Source: Yuukianura sp. NJ FZ-2021 (taxonomy: Eukaryota). From it: a stretch of DNA of 64,000 nucleotides. Positions within the stretch are counted from its first letter, which is position 1; each line of letters opens with the position of its first letter. The position numbers and the translations under genes are program-made. Below are positions 50,186 to 61,727 of this stretch, piece by piece. Where the stretch lies: the NCBI GenBank assembly GCA_046563655.1, contig CM102285.1, positions 3,782,001 to 3,846,000 of the forward strand. The letters run 5' to 3'. The notes beneath the pieces are model-generated. The model ran no database searches. It was not told where the DNA came from and was given only the letters and a program-made list of their open reading frames with translations.

Positions 50186-51515
50186 GTCAAAAAAATTCGA
50201 ATTAACCATAAAATATTAGTTTCTCAACTTGGGTGTAAAAATTTTTAAATTTGGCGTTGGTTACGGCATATCATGACAATGGCAATCTTTATTCAAGTCA
50301 AGGTATTCGAAATTCAGAATTTCAGATTGACAAAATCACAAAATGCAGAACCGAATTTAAACGCATGATTATGTCTTGCCAAAGACGTCGTCTTCAGAAA
50401 TTGTGCAGAAATAATAGCAAAGAAATACGAAATAATAACAAAATTCGCCTGCAAAAAGGAAATAAATTCCACGGAGAGATCAATTGATGGTTATTTATAG
50501 AAAGTCCATTCCATAAATTATAATTAATACCTCATCATCTTACTTGCTTTCGTCCGCGTAGAAACTGCGTGAAGGCCTATTCGGATGTATTTCTGTTGTA
50601 AAAAAATATTTTTCAGGTGAAAGATTTATTAAATTGTAATTCAACAGATTTATAAAAAACCTTATGTAAAAATGGACATTGGAATTCAACAGATTTACAA
50701 AATGAATGTTTTGCAAAATGTATTTACGTTTGTATTAGACTACTCTGCACTAAAAGTATTCATAGAATTCTGTAGTATGAAAACATGAATTTTCTGTTAC
50801 AATACTAAGCGGACTGCGAAACTGAAATAAATGTTTTCCGTATGACTTAATTAGTTGAGTCGAATATTACTTGAAAATATCGTAGAACCCAGCAATGAAT
50901 TCACATTCGAATTGAGCGATGTAAAACAATGGATTAGTACCACAGTATCTGGTTCAGGTATTAATTGATCCAAAACTCGGTTGATGAGTTGGAATTTTTT
51001 TTGGGATACCATCAAGGTAATTTCATTCGAAGTAACCCTGGTTGTGTAATTAATGAAGCAATTTTGTTCCACTCGACTCTTATGATTGGAAATCGCTTTC
51101 TTAATTTTTCATATTTCAATTTACTAACATCGATGCACAATTTCTATAGTAAACTATACAAACACAATTCCGCACGGCAAATGTTTGATAAAATTTCTTC
51201 CAAATATAAGATCTAATCATGCCCATTCCGTACATTAAACAAAGGGTTATTCGCTGCCACGAATAGGTAAGTGAAACTAAATTTGAGCATTTGAGACGAG
51301 CAACCTTCTTTTTATTGCATTTGGAATGTTCTGAAATATTTACTTTGCCATTATTTCCAAAAATGGAATAAAAGCAATTGAGTTTGCCCAATCGATACTT
51401 CTCAGATTAAATTTTCCTGTGTTTTGGGAAAACCGATAAAGTTGTTAATGGCAAATGTGCTACATATTTAACTCTGTTCTCGTGCTAACACGAAATGTTG
51501 CATTAGAAAAGAAGC

Positions 51516-51595
51516 TAATTAGAAACCTTTTTTTATTATTTAAATAGTACTCTCTCTTCGGGCCCTTAGCCCATGGAAAGGGTAATTAGAAACCT
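51516..51595 (-). mobile_element. 54-bp retroposed fragment with a 13-bp TSD
   Basis: TAATTAGAAACCT at 51516-51528 and 51583-51595 flanks an insert with an A-rich tail on the minus strand and a small GGGC...GCCC stem. Confidence 0.65.
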
Positions 51596-51879
51596 GCAGC
51601 TTACCTAATGAACACGGTAACCTTCAATCACCATTTGGAATTTACGTTAATCAACATTGGCATGGTTCTTCCTAAGAGTAGTCGAGTAGACTTCATAACT
51701 TTAAAACACTTCACCATTCCTACTCAAAACCTTCTCAAGAATAGTTGATTTTGCCGTCTTACTTGATACAACATGAAAACAACAGAAACTGTATCTTTCC
51801 ATATAATTGTTCGCTAAACTTAGATTTCTAAAATTCGTTGTTTTCATTCTAAAATATGACTTCACTGAACTAATACGCC

Positions 51880-53187
51880 ATGAAGCTAGGAAGTAACTTA
51901 TGGGTGAGGTGGATGTATAAGTGGGCCGGATTTATGCACTATGTACCGGTTACATACCATTTTGGAGATGGATACCCTGATACCATTGTTCACACTAAAC
52001 CTCAACTCGGACAAACTGTTTTTGGAATATTCTCAATAATTGCTGTTGAGGTATTTATATCCTCCTGGTATTACGAAGTTGCCTTTGGGATTGCAAACAA
52101 ATTTGAAATAATACATGGTGTTAGTGTCAACTTTATCCTTCTCATCCTGAATATATCACAATGGGTCCTAGTAATTCCGACTACGCGACAACGTTGTATT
52201 AACGTTATCAATGTAGCTCTCCAAGCTAAGTTTCACCTCTCCAGAAACCTACCGCGTTCTTTTGAAATGATTTGTTTCATTTTGTTTTATGGTTCAGTCA
52301 TGTACCCCGTAATTTATGTCCATCTCTTTTATACAACATCATGGACCTTCCCTGGTCTATTCACAACATTACACAAAGCAGTAGAATTATCAGCGCTACA
52401 ACTTAGCCCTTCAGAATCCAGTGCAAATATCTTGTACCAAAAATGCTTCAAATTTATTTTCATTACAACTGTTTCAATTGGCATGGGCCACGCAGTCGTC
52501 AATTGGTTAGTTCTTACACATTGGCTGTTCATATATTTATTTACAACTAATCAACAACTAAAGGATTTGACTTGGAACAGGTAGATCAACTGATCCACCC
52601 ATAATATTTAATTTATACTCATATTTACACTGCAAATTAAATTAAACATGGACCTTAATTCAATGGTTTTGTAAATAAGTAGATTTAATTCTTATAGGAA
52701 AGGATTGGGTAACCGGAACACTTCTATTGTTGTGTCGACAGACACAAAATCACATGGCTATATGAAAATCAGGGTATTGGCTCAAGCTTTTAAAGTAGGA
52801 TTTGGGGATCCAACTACCTTTCTGGTTGCAAATCTACTAATGACAGTGATTGCTATGACGTTCTCCATATTTCGCGGAGCTGACCTTTCCCTGATGATTG
52901 TGTTTGCTGTTATTGTTGCTGATTTTGTTTCCTTATTCTCTACAAATTTCATTCTTACTCTTTCAACAGAACAGCATCTTCTGTCCAAAAATTTGATTCA
53001 AGTGGCTTGTCAGCACCGGAGAACCAGAAGAACGATGGCAACGTATGAATCTAAATTTTGGACAGGAATGGCTCCACTACGTGTTCACGTTGGCAGCGTT
53101 TCTACGTTTGAAACTAAAGAGTTTATTTTATTTATTTGGGCAGAAGTCGTCGTTGCATCGATTATAAACCTGCTTATTGCATTTTAA
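51880..53187 (+). CDS. Gustatory-receptor-like (7TM chemoreceptor) protein
   Basis: Two exons, 51880-52580 and 52698-53187, splice in frame; ~7 hydrophobic helices; C-terminal PLRVHVGSVSTFE...VVVASIINLLIAF resembles the GR-superfamily TM7 region. Confidence 0.6.
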
Positions 53188-53921
53188 ACAAAATATTTCT
53201 TTTTTGGTGTTAAGGAGTAACACACACTTACAATATCTCTAAATCTGCATGTTTCACATGCCCCTGTTACGTGACACCGATGTCCGACAGAGACATGTCT
53301 TTGAATGACTCAAAGGAAGGGGTTTATTTTAACTGATTCCTTGCCACACTTTGCTAAAACTCGGACCGCGATATTCCACGCCAAAATATTCAGAAAGCAT
53401 ATTGACTTTGGAATATGCATAGATTAGGTAGATTTGAGAAACATCTCTATATGGGCAGGAGATATTTTTGGGGAAATAATATTGCATTTACACAATGTTA
53501 TCTTTTAATTATGTTAACCTGACCTATAACCTATGTACATACGATACGTCAAAGTCCAATTTATTTGTTCTATATATTCACAATTACTATCCTAATATGC
53601 AATATATATATAATATTTAATAAGCAATTATCTTAGACACAAAAGTGATTTGATCTCCTTCTATCTTCGACAAGACAAAGCATATAGACAAGGATATATG
53701 TGGTTTTTGTGTATAGATGTTGTGTATATGTATGTAATTTCGTATGATCTTGGTCTCCATAGCGTTTGAACCTTTTGTTTTGAGTTTCTCTGAATCGTTA
53801 TAAATTCCGATTCAAGATTTTCCGAGCTCGGTATACAACTTGTGGTTCAAAATTTTTAGGAACCGGTACAGAATGTGGTTCATAATTTGTTGTTCGGGGT
53901 ATTAAAATTAGTTGATTATTT

Positions 53922-56900
53922 TTAGTTAATTATGACTCCCTGCTCTTCTAAAAATTTGGACAGTATAGTTTCCTTGTGCATCAGCAAATCCCGCGTTGTT
54001 CCAAAATCTTTGACTTTGCCCTCTTCCATGACTAAGGCGTAGTCACACCTTCGAATTGTATCGTAGGAGTTGGTAACTATTAGAGTCGTGCGCCCCTGAA
54101 CTACTTTCGACATCGCGTTAGCCAGAGCCTAGTAGAAAATCAAATTTTAGGGCATCAAAAACGGTTCAATGCCATTTCAACGAATGAATTACCACGAAGT
54201 GAATTACCACAAAAGTCCAATTAGCACGAAAGTTGAACGACATTGCAGTTTAAAATTTAAAAATTTGAAAATTAAAATAAAATTTTAAAATATAACGAAT
54301 ATAATTTTTTTAAAGTATTCGAAACATAAAAAATCGCTACGCCGCCTTGATTTAAAAATAAAAGTAATTTACACAAAACCCTCTATTCTATTCTATTATT
54401 ATCATTAGTATTCTATTTACCTTGCACAAAACCAATTTTTTTGCGAGGAATGGGAAGTTGTGGGGAGGGGGCTTGGTTAAGAAAAACAATACACAATAGA
54501 ATGCTAAGTTTGACTGTAATAACTTGGTCAACAAAATACTAAATCTGTATTTAGCATCTTTGTTGCCGTGGTGCGCGTCACGTTGCTTTCTGCTTCATAT
54601 TGGAGTTTATTGCTGAAGAAAAAGTACTGTTTTAGTCATTGTTGTAAATCCGGAAGCATAGTAGGTTGACTGTGTATTGTATTATTTGGAAGGGTCAACT
54701 TTTGTGGTAATGGGACTTTTGTGGTAATGGGACTTTCGTGGTAATTGGTTTCGGAGTGATTAAACTTTCGTGATAATTGGTTTCGGGGAAATTTATTCGT
54801 GGTAATTCACTTCGTGGTAATTCATTCGATGAAATGGCGTGCTCCTATCACAAACACTTTGAAAAAAAGTTATCCGGTCATATTTATGAAATCGGAAACC
54901 TGCTCTTGATCTGCATCTAAGGTCCTGGTAGGATCATCAAGCAACAAAATTGGCGGTTTGCTGAAATAATTGCCAGAATTTAGTCAATTTTTTGCTTTTT
55001 ATCAAAATTTTTTAGCTGCTTTTAGCAGGTTTGCTAACCTAAGCTGCTTTTTCAATTAGAAAATTTATATTTCTTTTTCAATGTTTGTAATTTTGAGTCA
55101 CCTGATAATTGCTCGTGCGACAGCAACGACATATCGTTGTGCTGGATTCAAATTTTTGCCGTTCTCACCACACCTTGTCGCGAGTTGCTGAAATTTTCAA
55201 ATTTCCACTTCAAATTTAATTTTCTGAAAAAAAAATTAAATAAAACTATGACTAACTTCCGGAAATTCTTCGGCAATGAATTTTGCGTTAGCACTTTCAA
55301 TAGCTTCGTTAATGAGAACTTCGAGGTCAGTCTCATTGATGGTGTCATCACGGTAACCATAGGCTATGTTTTTTCTTATGGAAGTGTCAAATAAGTTAGG
55401 TTCTTGCGGAACATAGCCAAAGTTCTTTCTCAGATGACTCAAATTGTAGTCTTTGATGTTAATGTCATCTATCAACTATGAAAACAACCACGTAAAAACA
55501 TAACAGACGCAAAAACATAAATACATAAAAGTGCTTATGTAAACTTGAAACTCAAAACAAGACTTTTACTTACAACTTCCCCTTTTCTGACTTCGTAAAA
55601 TCGTTGGAGTAAAAAGAAAAGAGTTGATTTGCCGCTTGACGCTGGTCCAACTGTAAATTGAAAAAAGAAACACAACATTAAAATCGATAACCTTTATGTA
55701 CGTCTGAATTTTTCTTTTGAAGAAAAAATTTGCTTTTTTACCAATTGCCACAATACTTCCCGCCGGAACTACAAAATTGACCATTTCGAGAACATTGACG
55801 TCTCGCACAGTAGCGTACTTGAATGAAACCATTTTGAATTCTATTTTGCCCTTGATCTCTTGTTTACTTCCGTTTTCATCGTAGGGGTCAACTTGTGATT
55901 TGAGGTCAATTAAATTGAAAATGGCGCAACATGCTAACCGGGCTTTAAAAAGCTCTGGAAGGAAACTAGTCATTTGACCAGTTGTCAAATTTCCAAAGGT
56001 CAGCACAAAGAAAATCCTAAAAAAAGATAACACAACATTACAAATTTATAATTTTCATATAATTAAATTATAAATATGATGAAAAATATACTGTTTTATG
56101 TTTTCACTGCAATCTATTATCTACTATTAGTACTAATGCAGAGATGGCTCGAGAAATAATATATAAATATATACTATGTGTAATATTTACACATGGCTTA
56201 CGTAAATACATGAGAGACTGGCAGTGTTCCAATCCTAATGAGTTCTGCGCCGATTCTACATGCTGCTGCAAATGTTAAAAATACAAGGCATTCCGAGGCT
56301 GCGTACACCAGAGCATACCAACCTGCTCTACGGTAACCTTCACTAAAATATGGAATATAATTATTTAATATAATTAAAATAATTAAAGGGCATAACAAAT
56401 AACATTTATACATAATACATTACTTAAGAATTCCAGACTTACTGTAGTGCTGGGTACAGAGTAAACTCTGTTTGACGACAAATTGTGTAGGCTTGTGAAG
56501 AAGCATGTATGTTTTCGATTCCAGTAGTTATGCAATTTGTAAGCTGGTAAAAAACAAATTTTAAAATTTTAAAAGTTTTCAAAAATTTTCTTTCAAACTG
56601 CAAATTTCGAAGTTATATTAAATTTTCATACATCGACTAGCCTTCTGCGTACAGCGGTTAATTTGAAATGTGATTTTTTCAAAATCCAGCGAATCAGGAA
56701 AAAGCATGTGATAAGCATCGGAATTGTCAGAGACGCCACTAACGCCACTTGCCAGCTGAAAAACGCCGTAACGCCCAGTGCTACAAGCATCGTTACGGCA
56801 TAACTTATCGCAATCCCCAACCTTGTACCAGCGGCCTATTAAAAAAATCCCGCCAAATTCAAAAATTCAAAATTTTTCTTAATGTCTAAAATAGCTTCAC

Positions 56901-59900
56901 CGATCGAATGGTGGGTATATCGGATCCTATTCTGGCGTAGAGCTCTGCGGTTGAGTTTTCGTTGCAGTCGAACCAGCTGATTGGTTGGCGCAAAATCGAA
57001 CGGTACGTGGCTATACGCAGACTCGAACCGAGTTTTTCGGCAAATACGCCGATAAATACCGTTCGGACGCAGTATGCAAGTCCGGCAAATACCGAAAGTC
57101 CGGCTAGCACTCCCACCCAGAAAATACCGGACGAAATCAGTTTTTCTCTAGCTCCAATGAACATCTAAATAAAAATAGACAGTGTAGTTAAACATAGTTT
57201 TCAAAATTTCTTTGGGAAGTTTTTTTTTTTGATCATTTCTCTTCTTACGTCCAGAATTTGGCCGAGGAACAAAGGCAAAGCCGGTATGACTAATCCGCTG
57301 ACTAGACATCCGAACAGACCGAAGTACAGCAGTTTCTTGGACTGCTTGGGCACTACGCTTAAGACATGCGCAATAGATGGAACTTGTTGAGCAGACGTAT
57401 TGGATGCCGGTTTGTTGGGTATCGGATCGAATATCGGACAAGGAACGGAACAAGCAGCTGGCATTGTCGGTCCATGCTGAATCAAACCTTCTTTGACCAA
57501 CATTCGGTAGTACTCGCCCTTCTTTTCCATAAGCTCTGCATCACTACCTTCCTCTATAACTTCTCCATTCTATGTAAAACAAGCATTATTATTTATTTCA
57601 TTATATATTTTGAACATAAAATATTATTAAAATATATTGTGCATTTCATATATTACATTTAAATATTTTAGTATACTTAAACAGTTTAATATTCTCTTAC
57701 CTTGAAGACAAAAATTTTGTGTGTTTTGCGTAGAACAGCAACCCTTTTATCAAGAACCATTGTTGAACGAGTACGTCTGCACCGTACTAAATTTTCCAAA
57801 ATTTGATCCGCAATGTAGGTTGGTAGAGTTGACATTACTTCATGCAGAATCAGGATTTTGGGATTTGAAATTATGAATTTGGCAATAAAAATTTTGATTC
57901 TGAAACAAATTTTCAAAAAAAAAATTCAATTACTACTATATCAATACTAAATTTAATTGACTTTACCTAAGATGTTTCGGGAACACCTTCTCACCAGGCA
58001 ATACTCCCTTTCCCATGTACCCCTATGAATTACATTGTAATGCTGTACATAATATAAATCGTGTTTTTACATAATTATGTAATTACGTCATTATGTAATG
58101 ACATCATTTTTTGCAGTATAAAAATATAAAAATAAATCATTTCGTATTATAATGTAGGTGTTAAATAAAATAGTCAATTTACGCCGGGACGGAGTGTGAT
58201 TTCGTCATGTACGAGAGCCATTTTGGCTGCTTCAATGACGTCATGCATTGTAACGTTTTTGTTGAAGGAACGAATGTTCTCAAAAATGGAAGTGTTGTAC
58301 AGAGTCTACAAAATTCAAATTTGAAATTTTTGAATTCAAAAGAAACTTCTTTAAAAAACTTTAAATAATCACAAAGTTCCCTGTACAGTTGTGTGAACAT
58401 GTGTGAACACTTACGGTATTTTGATCCACGATGGAAATTTGTCCTCGGACCCATCGAACATTCTGAAGGATAAGTATATACATAATATGTAATAATTATG
58501 CATGGATATTGCAAATATGGTACGGTTTGGTACCAGTGACGTAATGCCGTTTTTGTCAAATTTCACTTCACCGGACTGTGGATCGTACAGTCGAAGCATC
58601 AACCTCACTAACGTACTTTTTTCAGAACATCCCGCTCCAAAAATTCCTGTTTTATTTTCAAAAAAGCAACAACAATCAAAACTTTGAAGAAAACTCGACG
58701 GGTCAAAGGTCAAATGTCATTACCGAAAAGTCCTCTGCCGGGAATTTCAAGGTTAAAGTCATTGAAAATCGGTTTCTGATCTTTGCCGGGATAAGCAAAT
58801 GTTACGTTGCTGAAACAAATGTTTCCGGAAAAGTCACGTGGGTCTAAACCTGAAAGTATCACAATGCTCCAGCTGCAAAACTAATATTTCAAGTCGAAGC
58901 ACGCCAATACATAAAAAAAGACATCAACTGAAAAGACATCTACACAAAAGACGCTAAATATAAAGATATCAACAAGGCAAACACATCAACAATGAAAACA
59001 CATCAACCCGAAACACATCAAGTCAAAAGATATCAACAATGCAAACACATCAACCCAAAAGACTTCAACAGAAATTTTATTTTTTCATATAACAATTTCA
59101 TTTCCTGCGAAACTAAAATTTGAGAATTCTTTTTTTCAAAATTTTGAAAAAAAGTCTGGCTATAGTATCACAGATGGCAATTCTGGTTTTTTTTTTGTAT
59201 CTTTTGTTTGACGTTTTGTATCTTTTCTGTTGATGTCTTTTCATTGTTAATGTGTCTGCATTGTTGATGTCTTTTGGGTTGATGTGTTTGCATTGTTTGT
59301 GCCTTCTTACTTGCTGTCTTTTGTGTTGATGTCTTTTTTTTTATCTATTGGCATTGGCATGGACCCTTTCATGTAATTTAAATACATAGCAAATACACAT
59401 TAATAAATACAATATAAATAAATAATAATAAATATGTATACAAAATATATATTTATTATAAATGCGTAGCATATATTTTAATATAGCATGTAAAATGTGT
59501 TACCTGCGTTACTGTAAGGGTCAATGTCAGGAACAGAGTTGAGCACAGTTCCGAGTAGTTTGAAAGAAGCGTAAGAGGTGGCGATGACATCGACGTTCGG
59601 CAAAACCGAAAAAACCGCAAAAACCGAAATCGTGAGACTGAAGAATACCGTGTAAATTTCTCCTGGTGTAATAGCACCTTGGTCGAGTAAGTTGACCGAA
59701 TACCAGAGTGCGACTGCGTAGAAGGCGTAGATCAAAAAGTACATTCCACCTACACTTACTCCAGAAATGACATCTAGAGATTCCGCTGCGTTAGAACTCC
59801 GCAGAACTGCGTCTTTGTAGCGCTCAACTTCCCGCTGTTCAGCCGAAAACGCAGTCACCGTCCGAACGTCATTTAAAACTTCACTAGCAATTTTTCCCGC

Positions 59901-61727
59901 TTTGTTATTTTCTTTGTGTGCCTCGGTCGTCGATTTGACAATTTTCTGTTACATTAAATGTTGTAAATTTCAAAAAAAAAAATCAAATATCAAATTTCAA
60001 AATTAAAAAAAAAAACAAATTTTCAAAATTTTGAAATCTTACATTCCAAATCAGAATAATTTTGGTGAGGATGAACGGAGTAGAAGCTAGCATCACGATA
60101 GTTAACTTTGCATTAACAAGAAATCCAATTCCCGCGCCAAAAATTGCTATTACTAGATACTCAATCACAAGCACAAATTTTTGACCAACTCCATCTCGAA
60201 AGCGTTCACAGTCACTGTCAAATTTGAGCACAATTTTAAACAACCTTCAAAAGATTCTAACTTTTTTGAAAAAACTTACTCTGCAATTTTTAGAACAAGA
60301 TTTCCCGCCGAATGGCGGCTGAACCACGCCATTTCCTGCCTCTGTAGCTGATAAATAAATTTTTGCCGAACTCTGTACAACTGATTTTCAGCAACCCACT
60401 CCCAAATGATGGTCTAAGTTTGTGAAAACAATATTTTATGTAACATATCATGTAATATATTATGTAATCTTAAGTAATATCAGGCATTATGTAACATTAC
60501 GTAATTTTATGCAATATATCACATAATATCATGTATTATGTAATATATGATATAACAAGATATTGCATAATACAAAATAAAATGAGTAATACGTTGACGT
60601 ATATGAAAAGTAGAAACTAACTTGAAAAAACCGGCAACAAAAACGGCGATTCCAATGTACACATAGTAGATAGAAAACTCGTCGGCGTAATCTGCAAATT
60701 CAGCGGACGTTTCCCGCCCCGTAATGTTGTACAAAGTTAAATTTCCAAAATACCCGCCCCCTTTGACAGACTCCGCATCCGGAATTATAGATGCGTTGAT
60801 AGCAGGATTGACTTGGGTGGTAAATTTGGAAAGTAAGTATAACGTTTTTTGCCCAACGTCTCCAATGTGCTTATCTCTTGAATGTGAAGAGTTCAACCTG
60901 TTTCGAATTTTCTAAAATTTTCAAAATTTTATTTTGTTTTTTCTTAATTTTTTTCTTTCTAGGTAAGATTTGAATATAAACGTACTAGTAGCTCCTGCTG
61001 ATTGATGTAGGCGTTTGAGAATTTTCCAAAAAGACTATTTGTCAAACAAAATTACAATTTTGCTAAATTTCAGTTTAAAAAAGGAATGTTTGGGTAGGTA
61101 CATACATTGCTAAAATTGGGAAGCTGGCGGCATGAATCACAGTAAAAATGAGTCCCACGAATAGTAAGAATTTGTCTAGAGCTGAAGTGTATTCAAACTG
61201 TACGAAAAAAAAGTTATCCTAGGTTAAAAAGTTAACTAGATCGTAGTTAATAGTTAATCAACTTAACTAACCTAAAGCTTAGCATTTTATTAGAAGGCGT
61301 ACCAATTTCGACAGTTTTTTAAACAAATCCTGCGCCAATTGTTTTGCAGTGGCACCTTCCAAATTTGCATCTTCTTCGTCATCTTCTGGTTCTTCATAGT
61401 AGCTGTTATTTTCAAACCAATTTTTAAAACAGAGGCAGATTAACGTTAATCCTATGTTAAGCAGCTTAGTCACGCCGTATTAGCATGACGGAGTAAAAAC
61501 ATTTTGTATGATACATTTATTTTTAATTTAACATGAGCTATTTCACTTAATTTAACATGTTAATATAAAAATTCCTGTAAAGTATTTTACTAATTGTCTT
61601 CCTCCATATGCAGTTTTGTAGTTTCGCTTGGATTGAATTTTGCATTTTGAATTCTCAGTTGTTCCAGCAATGGTTGAAAATCCGGATTCAAAATGAACTT
61701 TGTACACCAAGACGCTAGTGAATCCAT
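53922..61727 (-). CDS. ABCB (P-glycoprotein/MDR-like) full transporter, TMD-NBD-TMD-NBD, with degenerate ATPase motifs
   Basis: Multi-exon. Motifs include QEMAWF, RTVTAFSAEQREVERY, YAVALWY, ILRQPISWFD, IKGKIEFKMVSFKY, GYVPQEPNLFDTSIRKNIAYG and GRTTLIV. Putative ATG at 61727; the NBD exons I checked join in frame. Confidence 0.9.
54162..54845. mobile_element. Foldback/MITE in the last ABCB intron
   Basis: 40-bp inverted repeat GCCATTTCAACGAATGAATTACCACGAAGTGAATTACCAC (from 54171) vs 54799-54838 (1 mismatch); GTGGTAAT subrepeats. Confidence 0.8.
58903..59352. mobile_element. Foldback/MITE in an ABCB intron
   Basis: GCCAATACATAAAAAAAGACATCAAC ... GTTGATGTCTTTTTTTTTATCTATTGGC; ACATCAAC subrepeats on the left, GTTGATGT on the right. 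Confidence 0.75.
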
